37,022 nucleotides of DNA from an uncultured Myxococcales bacterium (GCA_946415045.1 CAMKRB010000002.1:1-37022), one strand, 5' to 3'. Numbered from the stretch's first letter, positions 8,501-16,720 are shown. Numbers and translations are program-made. Notes: generated by a model not told the origin, from the sequence alone.

Positions 8501-10498
8501 ACACTGGCCCATATTGCCGAAGATAACGACGACAAACTCAGTCTGGCAAGCATCGCCGATCGGCTTTCGGAAGCGTCAGCTGCCATCGAAAACCGCACCA
8601 GTTATGGACTTTGGGCTGCGCAGCTGTGGTCCAAATCGCTCGCACGTCCGGATCAGGCGATTACCTGTCTGGGGCGCCTGCTCGCCCACGATCCCACCTG
8701 TGCACCAGCCATTTCGATGAGCGAACAGCTCTACGAAACACAGGGCAGATTCGACATGCTGGCCCGCATTTATTCCCGCGCCATTGCTGCACTTCCAGAA
8801 GGTGAGACGCAAATTGCCCTTTTGCGCAAACATGCCCGTATTTCTGCTGAGAAACTGAATGATCCAGCAAGCGCCAGTCTTTCGCTCGCCCGCATCATCA
8901 GTCAGAGTCCTTCGGATATCGATGCGCTCACCATGCACGCTGATCTGTTGATTGCACAATCGCGATGGAATGAAGCCGTCGATGTGCTCGAACAGATTTC
9001 CAAAGTTGCCGACAATTCCGAACGCCGACGCATCACCAACCTCAAACTTGCAGATATCCTCGTGCACCAGCTTGAACAACAGGATCGCGCCAAACGTCTG
9101 CTGCGACGGCACCTCAGTCTGTTCGATCACGATATGCCGGCGCTGCATCTGCTGTACGATATCGCCTGTGCCGAACGCAACTGGAACGACGCCAAATCGA
9201 CACTCGAAGAGATCTGCTATGACGAAGCTTCAGACGATACGCGAAAAGCAAGGCTCTCGTTCACCAAAGTCGCCCGCGAAGCCGGATGGTCCCACGATAT
9301 CCGCACACTCTACGAGAAACAGGCAATTGCCGCAGTGCTCGATCACCGCGACGATTTCGATGCACTTGTCGAGGATTACCGCGCACACGGCGAAATTCCG
9401 CGTCTCATCGATGTGACCAGACGTGAACTCGGCAAACAGGGCAATCCAGAAATGGTCGCCAAATACCGTGGCTGCGTCGCGGCATTGCTCGTCGCCAACA
9501 AACAGCACCGCGAAGCATTGTCATTTCTTTCCGAAATCATTCACGAATCGCAGGATACAGACTGGGCATATCTGGCCCGAGCTCAGGCACTTACAAGCGC
9601 CGGTCAGCTTCCAAGTGCGGTCGGTGAATATCGCCGCACGCTCACCCGCAATATCCATCTGAACGATGCATTCGATCCCTTTGTCGAAGTGCTCAAGCAA
9701 ACGGGCGACGAAATCACACTCGCGTCGGTCTCGGCCTTGCGCGAACTGCGGCGAAACCAGAGACTTCCCGAAGCCGCAGATAACAGCTGGGTTCGCTGCG
9801 TAAAAGGCGGTCCGTGCGGATTCTTCGATATCGAGCTCATCCCGCTGAACCGCGCTTATGTCGATGCACAGCGCTACCTGTACAAAATGACGCCCTATGC
9901 CTTTGAAATGTTTACAGACGGCGTTGCCGCAAGACCACTCGCTCCGGCTCACTGGGCTTATACGCGGTGTCTGCGGCTCTATGGCCAGAACTTCGAAGTC
10001 AAACACATCTTCGTCGCACGGGATATGGGCCCCGTAAAATGCCGCGTCAAACTCGACGCCGAATCAGCTCTCATCTTTGATGAATCGCTGCTCGACGAAA
10101 CCAACCAGATTCCATTCGATTTCTGGGCCGCCTACGCCATGCATCAGGCGGTTACCGGCGGTGCGCTTATCGATGTGCTCAAAAATGAATCGATCGAAGC
10201 GCTGTTTAGTGCGCTGTGCCAGCCCAAACCCGAGTCGTCACTCGCGCAAACCATGAAAAAACAGCTCTTCCGCGTCCTGCCCAGAACCGATCGAAAGTTG
10301 TTCAAAGACGGCGTACCGTTTCTTTCGCCAAACTGGAGCGATTTCAGACAGGCGCTTCAAACCCGCGCAGCATGTGTCGCTGCAACGATTTGCGCGTGTC
10401 CGGCATATGCCTTGTCAGCTCATGCAGACGACCCGGCACTCGAAGTCTTTTTGATTTCCGAAAACTACGTGCGGTTCGTCAAAAAATTCTGGAACTGA
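5546..10498 (+). CDS. giant TPR-like / alpha-helical repeat protein (1650 aa), function unknown
   Basis: Uninterrupted 4.95-kb ORF with an SD (GGAG). It has repeated Ala/Leu-rich helical-hairpin segments with TPR-like signatures (e.g. QKALAADPNYVEALYAGLW, GRLLAHDPTCAPAI). There is no signal peptide or catalytic motif. Confidence 0.85.
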   Translation: MTDLNKLDIEAGLMAPAGEDEETAEIYRREARSSYAQDKISTAALLLDAAYANERDEAPEEDIVRDLMLAAAIAPNTPWVLESAHRMMLRLGKWREALQFLTREFRADDAPDNVQAIAMTAADLLWIIADNPREAMNWVQKALAADPNYVEALYAGLWICLLPADKGGNPRQAESFALALAKILGAPEERAVLYGLAGSIQMATNRDAEALESYGLAAQADRMNPYIQIRHAMLNEKFGKLQDAAQCYAQLATLFEDKSLCGAFYRRAGILQGYAGQSERSSLYLNESYKFYQDEQAKKSDDKFGIVWMAIDAMRRSGNMQRVVELERQLVDLAETDETRAAHYMAIADACIEHMGAVDDAVSALESASTAGAGYIADSRLAAIYEARGDWKNLARIIGHMSTRSQLEAPACQWLMADALRQSGAKDTAIDTLTPLSSGLGRMRLDLLLEETQKHDAHARMLDKWYRESTDDATKSAILSQILTILTERLNAPEIAIQYQNEVAAAAPSRDLAWRQLHLMARMSQDGALADAMLKIAAETTDSNEARNLCLEAALIKDRVLRDTDGAISILSNIHENYPNDIPSIVLLRMIAYREHRYDLILEANKWRELFQMSSAQRAEIACENAWACLHLDDDKGAAEWFEKARRHAPLDAYAFRLYVDLLRKMGRWKEAVRVIHEALPISQDDLNAELEKGWDDDDTDNLSDAAAQVAEAMNTPAQNLSAEQRAWREVMLDIQTHCLKSSPSTVYARQQHFEADPTIENFVDFIVEKFTTDPHDSHLSVLLNARGKLGSISPEAQALIDWVQAETLRSGYPDGAPERIATSIDNLLRRSLALPYGNCLRADILRCHRELPKEDVISWLEKYAAFTRDRWMCHALSREAMMRVIWIEQDYEPASHRKSMADICEETDRRSLWMLEHYASLTEDWQALGYFRERLAQLEVDTLARLQVLKSALAPYVDADLTNHAVRVAQECLKLNAHAYPALITLAHIAEDNDDKLSLASIADRLSEASAAIENRTSYGLWAAQLWSKSLARPDQAITCLGRLLAHDPTCAPAISMSEQLYETQGRFDMLARIYSRAIAALPEGETQIALLRKHARISAEKLNDPASASLSLARIISQSPSDIDALTMHADLLIAQSRWNEAVDVLEQISKVADNSERRRITNLKLADILVHQLEQQDRAKRLLRRHLSLFDHDMPALHLLYDIACAERNWNDAKSTLEEICYDEASDDTRKARLSFTKVAREAGWSHDIRTLYEKQAIAAVLDHRDDFDALVEDYRAHGEIPRLIDVTRRELGKQGNPEMVAKYRGCVAALLVANKQHREALSFLSEIIHESQDTDWAYLARAQALTSAGQLPSAVGEYRRTLTRNIHLNDAFDPFVEVLKQTGDEITLASVSALRELRRNQRLPEAADNSWVRCVKGGPCGFFDIELIPLNRAYVDAQRYLYKMTPYAFEMFTDGVAARPLAPAHWAYTRCLRLYGQNFEVKHIFVARDMGPVKCRVKLDAESALIFDESLLDETNQIPFDFWAAYAMHQAVTGGALIDVLKNESIEALFSALCQPKPESSLAQTMKKQLFRVLPRTDRKLFKDGVPFLSPNWSDFRQALQTRAACVAATICACPAYALSAHADDPALEVFLISENYVRFVKKFWN

Positions 10499-10536
10499 CG
10501 GCACAATGCCGGTATCCACGCAAGTTAAAGTGATCC

Positions 10537-10791
10537 TTACTTCTTGCCTTTCTTGTTAAACAGCGAGGCGATGGCAAGGATCACAACAGCACCGATCACC
10601 GCTGTGCCGATTTGCCCAATCAAATCGCCCCACGAAATGCCGATCAGGCTCAAAAGCCAGCCACCGACGAGGCCGCCAATAATTCCAAGCACCGAGTTGA
10701 CGATAAATCCAAAACCGCCACCACGCATCAGTTTGCCTGCCAAAAATCCGGCAAGACAGCCAATCAGAATAAAAATAATCGTTCCGAACAT
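10537..10791 (-). CDS. GlsB/YeaQ/YmgE family (transglycosylase-associated) small membrane protein
   Basis: 84 aa. MFGTIIFILIGCLAGFLAGKLMRGGGFGFI...GIIGGLVGGWLL...IGAVVILAI is the classic Gly-rich three-helix pattern. ATG 10791 is preferred over the ORF-track start at 10821. Confidence 0.9.
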   Translation of the reverse strand: MFGTIIFILIGCLAGFLAGKLMRGGGFGFIVNSVLGIIGGLVGGWLLSLIGISWGDLIGQIGTAVIGAVVILAIASLFNKKGKK

Positions 10792-10919
10792 TTTTTTATC
10801 CTTGTTGAATGGGGAACACACCTGCGTTCCACATTTGTGATCTCCGGATAACCTGGCATCCGGAATCCAGTGCGTTATTTATGATCTGTCATAGTCCTGT
10901 GTCAATCGATGGGCACGGA

Positions 10920-11621
10920 TTACACATAATCCATCAGCTGTGTGATGGACTGCAGCTTGAGCAGTTTTGGGTGATCAGGCAGTGGCACATCTTCGTGTGC
11001 CCATGTCGTATGGAAAGGAATATGTGCCGCGAATGCACCGAGTTCAAGCGGCGGCAGAACATCAGACTTTGGGGAATTGCCCACCATCAGAAATGACGCA
11101 GGATCGATGCGTTCACGCCGAAACAGGGTCTGATAGGTCTGCAGCTTTTTATCGGGCAGCACAAAGTAATCTATCGACTGATCGAGCGGTGAATTCAGGA
11201 ATTTTCGCGTCTGTTCGTTCAGTTCACCCTTGGTGATAATGACGATGCGATAGGGACGCGTTTTGAGATATTCGAAAACCTCGACAACCCCGGGCAGCAT
11301 CTGTGTGGGCACTTTGAGCAGCCGCTTGCCGATATCGATGATTTGCATGATTTTGTATGGCGCGATGTCGGGACAAATCGAAATCGCCATCTGAACCATC
11401 GAAATCGTCATGGCTTTGGCCCCATAGCCGAGCAATTCCATGTTATCCGATTCGGTCTTGAACAGAAGTCGGGACAACATCTCTTCGTCCATGATGTCGA
11501 GCAGCAAATCCTTGAAATCGCGTTCGGTCTGCAGATAGAAAACTTCGTTTTGCCAGAGGGTATCGTCGGCATCAAAGCCGATGCATTGGATCTGTGATGC
11601 GTCAAATGTGGATCCGGGCAT
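10920..11621 (-). CDS. HAD-superfamily hydrolase
   Basis: HAD motif I is IGFDADDTLW (DxDxT), motif II is VIITKG, and the motif IV-like sequence is MVGNSPKSD. GGAG lies 8 nt upstream of the ATG. Confidence 0.85.
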   Translation of the reverse strand: MPGSTFDASQIQCIGFDADDTLWQNEVFYLQTERDFKDLLLDIMDEEMLSRLLFKTESDNMELLGYGAKAMTISMVQMAISICPDIAPYKIMQIIDIGKRLLKVPTQMLPGVVEVFEYLKTRPYRIVIITKGELNEQTRKFLNSPLDQSIDYFVLPDKKLQTYQTLFRRERIDPASFLMVGNSPKSDVLPPLELGAFAAHIPFHTTWAHEDVPLPDHPKLLKLQSITQLMDYV

Positions 11622-11639
11622 GATGGTATCTCCATGGGG

Positions 11640-11707
11640 GCGCGGCGTATGGCGAACGCCATAGCCGCGCCGGCGGGGCGTATGGCGGCAACGCCATAGC
11701 CACGCAC
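11640..11707 (+). repeat. REP-like element, two hairpin copies
   Basis: gcgcggc-g-tatggcg-aa-cgccata-gccgcgc, followed by tatggcg-gcaa-cgccata-gccacgcac. It shares an exact 14-mer (gcgcggcgtatggc) and an exact 15-mer (gccatagccacgcac) with 32578-32612. Lies directly 3' of the 492-aa gene. Confidence 0.7.
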
Positions 11708-11711
11708 CTAA

Positions 11712-13190
11712 TCATTTTTTAAACATATCGGCGAGGCTCTGAAGACCCTTTTTGAGGAGCCTCTGATTGTCGGCGTTGATGCTGCGCTGCGCAGATGAAA
11801 TATCGGGCTCGATTTCGGACAGGCAGTAACGGTATCGCGAGCAGCATGCGACGATCCACTGCGCGATCTGGCTCATGCAGCCGGTGCGGGCAAATGCGCG
11901 GCTGGTGAGCACGTCGAGAACTTCCTGAAAACCGGGCACCGGCTGATCGGGCAGATACATGCCGAACTTGTTCTGAAGCTGTTTGAGCACGTCGCCCTTG
12001 GGCGGGATGGGCAGATGCGCGCTAAAGAGCTCGGGCGCAAAGATATCGTGCAAGGCATCGACGGGAATACCCCAGATGGCTGCGTGATTTTCGATGGTGA
12101 AATCGAAGCACGGGAAAGCATTGAGCCATCGGCGTTCGCGCAGATAGACCGAGAATGCGCGCTCGATGTCATCGCGGCAGGATTCGACGGCAAGCGCATT
12201 GCGAATGGGATCGCGTGCATGAACCGTTTCGAACACCGGATGTTCCGGAGGAAGCAGCAGCAGCGCCGTGGGATCGTTGATGATCATCGAACGATGCGCA
12301 CAGGGCATGGCACCGGTCTCGTCGCACCCAATGGCCTGAATGAGCCGCCTGCGCAGCGTTTCGGCCGATACACGATCGCTGTTGAACGACTGCCGGTGAA
12401 TGATTTCGTCGACTTTTTGCAGGATTTGTTCGGGGGTTGCGGTCGCGACAAACGCCTGACTCGTGCCGCCGTCGAAAACCGGAGAAAGCGCAGAACGCAC
12501 AAGGGCATGGACTTTTTCGAAGCGGTATTCCGGCGAATTGTTCGTGCGGCGAACAGCTGCCGTGGGAAAAGAAATGGACGGCTGGCGCGCGGGAGCCAGA
12601 ATTCCAAGGATTTGCCCGAGATTCTCTTCCCAGAAATCGTCATCCTCGAACTGAAGCGGAAAAGGCCGCACATTCTCGATTTCAAATACTTCATCCTGAG
12701 AAATGGCCGCTGCACAAATCAGATAAATCTTATCCTCAAAAGACAGCGTCCAGCCGATCGCATATAGATGTTCATCGGTCACCGGTGCACCCGTCGCCGA
12801 TATGCAGCAGTCGATCGAGATCTCGTTGTGTTTCTGCGGGCCGGCAACCGTATGCGCAAACCCGCGCCGATACGACAGTCTGTAGCTCCATACGCGGGGC
12901 GGACGACACATGATTTGATGGACGATAAATGCCGTTTCGGGCGACGCCAGACGCGTCGCAAGCACATTCTGAAACTGCTGCTGAATTTCGGTGCGCGGCT
13001 GCGTGAAAATCAGAAGATTCCAGAAAATATCGGCATGCGTCCAGCTCTCGAATTGCCTGGATTCGGCATAACTGCGCTCGAAATCGATGATCGGGACAAT
13101 CCCCTCACGCTCGATCGATTCGTGCGTCAAAAAAGCCGTATCCTGGATATTCTCAAGCAGTTTCGAGAGTTTTTGAGTGTTGCGCGGCAT
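11712..13190 (-). CDS. hypothetical protein (492 aa)
   Basis: Long ORF with an ATG start and coding-like composition. No signal peptide, TM segment or motif I recognise, and no obvious SD. Confidence 0.75.
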   Translation of the reverse strand: MPRNTQKLSKLLENIQDTAFLTHESIEREGIVPIIDFERSYAESRQFESWTHADIFWNLLIFTQPRTEIQQQFQNVLATRLASPETAFIVHQIMCRPPRVWSYRLSYRRGFAHTVAGPQKHNEISIDCCISATGAPVTDEHLYAIGWTLSFEDKIYLICAAAISQDEVFEIENVRPFPLQFEDDDFWEENLGQILGILAPARQPSISFPTAAVRRTNNSPEYRFEKVHALVRSALSPVFDGGTSQAFVATATPEQILQKVDEIIHRQSFNSDRVSAETLRRRLIQAIGCDETGAMPCAHRSMIINDPTALLLLPPEHPVFETVHARDPIRNALAVESCRDDIERAFSVYLRERRWLNAFPCFDFTIENHAAIWGIPVDALHDIFAPELFSAHLPIPPKGDVLKQLQNKFGMYLPDQPVPGFQEVLDVLTSRAFARTGCMSQIAQWIVACCSRYRYCLSEIEPDISSAQRSINADNQRLLKKGLQSLADMFKK

Positions 13191-13241
13191 CGGTTTGGCT
13201 GTTCTGTAGTGTTTATTCTATGCGTTAAATAAAAGCTCTAT

Positions 13242-13405
13242 TTAACGAGCGTGGATATGAAAATGCAAAGTCGTTTGCTTCACTGCTTTTAGCTTATGGC
13301 TTATGGCTTATAGTGCTCTTTAGCCAACCACAGGCTATCAGCCACAAGCTATAAGCCTGAACTTCCGGACATCGGGTGCGAAAGCTATATCCACACGGGT
13401 TAAAC
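13242..13405 (+). repeat. ~160-nt repeated intergenic element, copy A
   Basis: Aligns with 26799-26960. A shared 46-nt block aagtcgtttgcttcac.gct...agcttat.gcttatggcttatag has 5 mismatches. Also shared are tttag.cca, gctat.agcca, and an identical ctatatccacac. It contains three tandem GCTTATN heptamers and a long imperfect hairpin. Confidence 0.75.
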
Positions 13406-13410
13406 ATAGC

Positions 13411-15705
13411 CTAAATAAATACGATCGGGAGATTTGCAAGTGTTCTGGCATAAGCGTGGACATCGATCGAATCGAGCAGCCACTGAATTGCCAGATCTTC
13501 AGGAACGAGATTGAACCACGGTCCCGTCTGCAGCAGGCGAGCAAATGCACTGGCATGCGTGCGGATATTGAGTTCAAATATGGTCAGCAGCCGGCTCTCG
13601 TCGGGCATCGACTGCATCACAGGCCGGACGAGCAGACGCATAAAAAACGGCGTCCGCGATCCCTTCTTTAACACATAGCCGTTTTTCTCGAAAAAGTTCT
13701 GCAGCAACAAGCTGCCGATCGTTCCCGTAAAATGCAGCACGCAATATTCCGATCCCGGCTGAATGCTATCCACAGGCGTGGCCATATCCCGCGACAGACG
13801 ACGTCCCATTTCGGGCTCGAAATTCTGTTCCAGCCGATATTCACCGGGCACGCATCGCACATAAAGCGCATCATGTGAAATATTCAGATAATCCGCAAAA
13901 CTGCGCGCCAGCCCCAGAGAATACCTCGGCGGCTCAAGTGCCAGAAACCCGATGCCCGATGATTCGTCCCCTCGCTTCACATAGAGCGTCTGATCCTTCA
14001 AAAACGAGACCGTGTGGGCATTTCCGGCGAGCGTCAGGCTCATGCCCGAACCGGTTTCGATGGCCTCGCGACTCGATTGTTTCAGATAGACCGATCCCAG
14101 TTTTCGTCCGGTCACGGAATCGACGACCTCGGTCTCGGGTCTGTCGGCAATCATCGAATGCATATAGCCCCGGCTGAACAAGAACTGCGTCTTTTGCTCG
14201 GGTACAAAACGCCCCTTGCCCACTTTTCTGAACAGCCCCGATCCGACCATCTGATCGAGAATCCGCGCACAGTCTTCTTCGGAATACCGCTTGCGCGCTG
14301 TGGGCGAAATGCGCTCATACAACGATTTCTTGCCGATCCATTGCTGCGGATTCTGCAGGCATATCGACAGCGCCTGCTGCACAATCGTATTGGGCCTGAA
14401 TGCGACGGGATCCGGGAAAAGCGTCTCGTTCTGGGCACATTCGACCAGATGCAGGAAGCGGTGCACATTGAACTGACTGTTGGCCAGACACGTCACATAA
14501 ACCGTCGATTCGGTGCGGTTGCCGCGGCCGATGCGCTGGATGAGCGATGCCACATCGGGTGGCGGTCCAAGCAGCACGATGCGATCGACATCCCCGATAT
14601 CAATGCCAAGCTCCAGCGTGCTCGTCGATACGCATGCCGCATTCTGCGCGCGCAAAAACTGCTGTTCGGTGCGAAGGCGCTCTTCTTTCGAAAGACTGCC
14701 GTGATGCGCGAAAACGCACGTCGCAATGCGCTGCCGCGATCTAAGCGCCAGCACGATATTCTCGACCGTCGCCCGCGCATTACAAAACACAATGATCTTG
14801 CGTTTTTTGGATTCCAGCAGCATCGATTCGACCAAATCCGCCGTCTGCTCCACCGCAATCCCCGCATCCTCACTGATGATTCTGAACGAAGGCTGAATGG
14901 TGCGCCGACCGCCAAAACACTCAATAATCCTGGCCTCGTCGCCAAGAAAATCACCGGCCATGCGCTGGATCTCGGGAACAGTCGCACTCGATGCACAAAT
15001 CTGAATCGGCTGTGCATTCAAAATCCTCAGCCGCGCAATCAGACACTGCAGCTCATCCCCGCGGCCGCTGGCATAAATCAGGTGGATTTCGTCCAGAATC
15101 AGCGCCTGCACATTCCGAAATGCCGCAGGTTTGCGCGAAATCAGCGAATCAAGCGATTCAGGTGTCGTAATCAAAACATTGGGAGCCGGATCCAGACTGA
15201 ACTCAGTCTTGTCCCCAGTGCGCACGACGATGGTCAGCCCAAGCGCCCGCACAGGCTCCTGCAAACGACGGCACAAATCGTTGCACAACGCTTTTGTCGG
15301 GGCCACGAGCAAAACAGCCGGTCCCGTCACCGCCTCACAATGCCCCGATACAGCCTTCGAAACCGGAGATTTCAGCGAGTGCATCTGGTCGAACCACGCA
15401 CCAGTCGCAGGTTTTCCGCTGTCGTTCCGCACCGCAGCTGCCGGAGACACCTGTCTGCGCTTTTGCAGAAAGCGCTCAATGACAGGCGCCATAATTGCCT
15501 CGGTCTTGCCCGAAGCCGTCGGTGCCTTCACAATCGCCGAATCGCCGTCCAAAATCGGCAGAATCGCCACTTTCTGGATGTCCCGCAGCCTCGGAAACCG
15601 CGCAAAAAAAGCGTGCCACGTACAAATCAGAGATGCGCGAATCCGCGCTTCATCGCGAGACATCAACTGCGAATCAGATGTTTTGTCGTCGGCTTGATTA
15701 TTCAA
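13411..15705 (-). CDS. Lhr-like superfamily-2 DEXH-box helicase
   Basis: Motif I APTASGKTEA, motif II ILDEIH, motif III SATV, then HHGSLSKEERLRTEQQF, VSTSTLELGIDIG and motif VI QRIGRGNR. A winged-helix-like C-terminal extension follows. The ORF-track start at 15705 is TTG; the first ATG is at 15663, so the start is uncertain. Confidence 0.9.
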   Translation of the reverse strand: MNNQADDKTSDSQLMSRDEARIRASLICTWHAFFARFPRLRDIQKVAILPILDGDSAIVKAPTASGKTEAIMAPVIERFLQKRRQVSPAAAVRNDSGKPATGAWFDQMHSLKSPVSKAVSGHCEAVTGPAVLLVAPTKALCNDLCRRLQEPVRALGLTIVVRTGDKTEFSLDPAPNVLITTPESLDSLISRKPAAFRNVQALILDEIHLIYASGRGDELQCLIARLRILNAQPIQICASSATVPEIQRMAGDFLGDEARIIECFGGRRTIQPSFRIISEDAGIAVEQTADLVESMLLESKKRKIIVFCNARATVENIVLALRSRQRIATCVFAHHGSLSKEERLRTEQQFLRAQNAACVSTSTLELGIDIGDVDRIVLLGPPPDVASLIQRIGRGNRTESTVYVTCLANSQFNVHRFLHLVECAQNETLFPDPVAFRPNTIVQQALSICLQNPQQWIGKKSLYERISPTARKRYSEEDCARILDQMVGSGLFRKVGKGRFVPEQKTQFLFSRGYMHSMIADRPETEVVDSVTGRKLGSVYLKQSSREAIETGSGMSLTLAGNAHTVSFLKDQTLYVKRGDESSGIGFLALEPPRYSLGLARSFADYLNISHDALYVRCVPGEYRLEQNFEPEMGRRLSRDMATPVDSIQPGSEYCVLHFTGTIGSLLLQNFFEKNGYVLKKGSRTPFFMRLLVRPVMQSMPDESRLLTIFELNIRTHASAFARLLQTGPWFNLVPEDLAIQWLLDSIDVHAYARTLANLPIVFI

Positions 15706-15749
15706 TGCATTGTCCGTTATTCGTGGCTGGATGATTCAATCCCGCTGAT

Positions 15750-15875
15750 GATTACAGGGGGGCAGCGGCCCCCCTCGCGGCTCGCCTCGCCCCGGTTTTT
15801 CCTGCCGCCACGCGACAGGAACGGGGACGAGGCCACGCCGCGCCCCCCTCTGCGGGGGTTCCCCCCGCAACGCCC
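15750..15875. other. G+C-rich structured spacer (at least 3 G/C hairpins) between map 3' end and helicase 5' end
   Basis: Hairpins aggggggc-agcg-gcccccct (15756-15775), a nested hairpin at 15790-15826, and gcggggg-ttc-cccccgc (15852-15868). Probably includes the map terminator. Confidence 0.4.
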
Positions 15876-15913
15876 CCGGTCATGCGATTTCCCGTAGATT
15901 CCGCCCCTTCCAC

Positions 15914-16720
15914 CTACAGCTTGAAACCTGCGGGCGTCACCGAATTGGCAAGCGGTGCACTGAATGCCGTCAACACCTCGCAACCGTTTTCCGTCACCAC
16001 AAGCGTATGCTCAAACTGCGCAGACCATTTCTTGTCCAGCGTCACTGCGGTCCAGTCGTCATCCAGTATTCTCAGACGCCAGTCACCGGCATTGATCATC
16101 GGCTCGATCGTAAACGTCATCCCCTCGCGAAGCCTCAGACCATGCCCTCGCCGGCCATAATGCGCAACCTGCAGATTCTCGTGGAATTCACGGCCAATGC
16201 CATGACCGACGTAATCGCGAACGACTGAAAATCCACGGCCTTCGGCAAATTCCTGTATCGCTGCCCCGATGTCACCAAGCCGCGCATCGGGGCGCACCTC
16301 CGCGATCCCAATCTCAAGGCATTTGCGCGTCGTCTCTACCAGGTTGATCGCCTCTTTCGATGGTTTGCCAACATAAAACGTCGCCGATACATCGCCATGC
16401 CAGCCATCCAGAATCGATGTGATGTCGATGTTCACGATGTCGCCGTCTTTCAGAATCGTCGATTTGCTCGGAATACCGTGGCAAACGACTTCATTTATCG
16501 AAATACAGCACGATTTGGGATACCCGTGATAATGCAGCGGCGCAGGTATCGCGTGGTGCTTGATCGTGTAATCATGCACAAAGGTGTCAATCGCCAGCGT
16601 ATTTTCACCAGGTTTCACGAGTTTGGCTGCCTCTTCAAGTGTCTGTGCAGCCAGACGACAGGCTTTCCGCATCGCCGCAATATCTTCGCGGCTCTTGATA
16701 ATTATCTTGGAATCGAACAT
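15914..16720 (-). CDS. map: type I methionine aminopeptidase
   Basis: The 268-aa protein from ATG 16720 has MetAP metal ligands in the canonical order: DIVNIDIT..DGWHGD, VGHGIG, FTIEP, FEHT. The ORF-track extension to 17083 is non-homologous and overlaps the divergent gene. Confidence 0.95.
   Translation of the reverse strand: MFDSKIIIKSREDIAAMRKACRLAAQTLEEAAKLVKPGENTLAIDTFVHDYTIKHHAIPAPLHYHGYPKSCCISINEVVCHGIPSKSTILKDGDIVNIDITSILDGWHGDVSATFYVGKPSKEAINLVETTRKCLEIGIAEVRPDARLGDIGAAIQEFAEGRGFSVVRDYVGHGIGREFHENLQVAHYGRRGHGLRLREGMTFTIEPMINAGDWRLRILDDDWTAVTLDKKWSAQFEHTLVVTENGCEVLTAFSAPLANSVTPAGFKL

Noticed and set aside
10849-10858. ATAACCTGGC 10-mer recurring at 10849 and 26968 (and ataacctgcc at 32489) as a shared regulatory site
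   Set aside because: In a 37-kb window, hundreds of chance identical 10-mer pairs are expected (roughly N squared / 2 / 4^10). Distances to the downstream start codons are also inconsistent (about 58, 200 and 92 nt).
11712-15705. Calling the helicase plus 492-aa pair a Hachiman-like or other named defence system
   Set aside because: The helicase motifs and C-terminal region look like housekeeping Lhr-type enzymes. The partner shows no nuclease or DUF1837-like feature I can recognise. The genes are 220 nt apart with a repeat element between them. I kept this only as a low-interest item to check.
14014-15897. 627-aa + strand ORF antisense to the helicase gene
   Set aside because: It is in the codon-aligned antisense frame, where stops arise only from sense TTA, CTA or TCA codons, which this gene largely avoids. 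The translation is Arg/Pro/Gln-rich low complexity, whereas the opposite strand has complete SF2 helicase motifs.
15717-15983. 88-aa minus-strand ORF in the G+C-rich spacer overlapping the map 3' end
   Set aside because: It gives a Gly/Arg-rich translation of G/C hairpin DNA and overlaps the well-supported map CDS.
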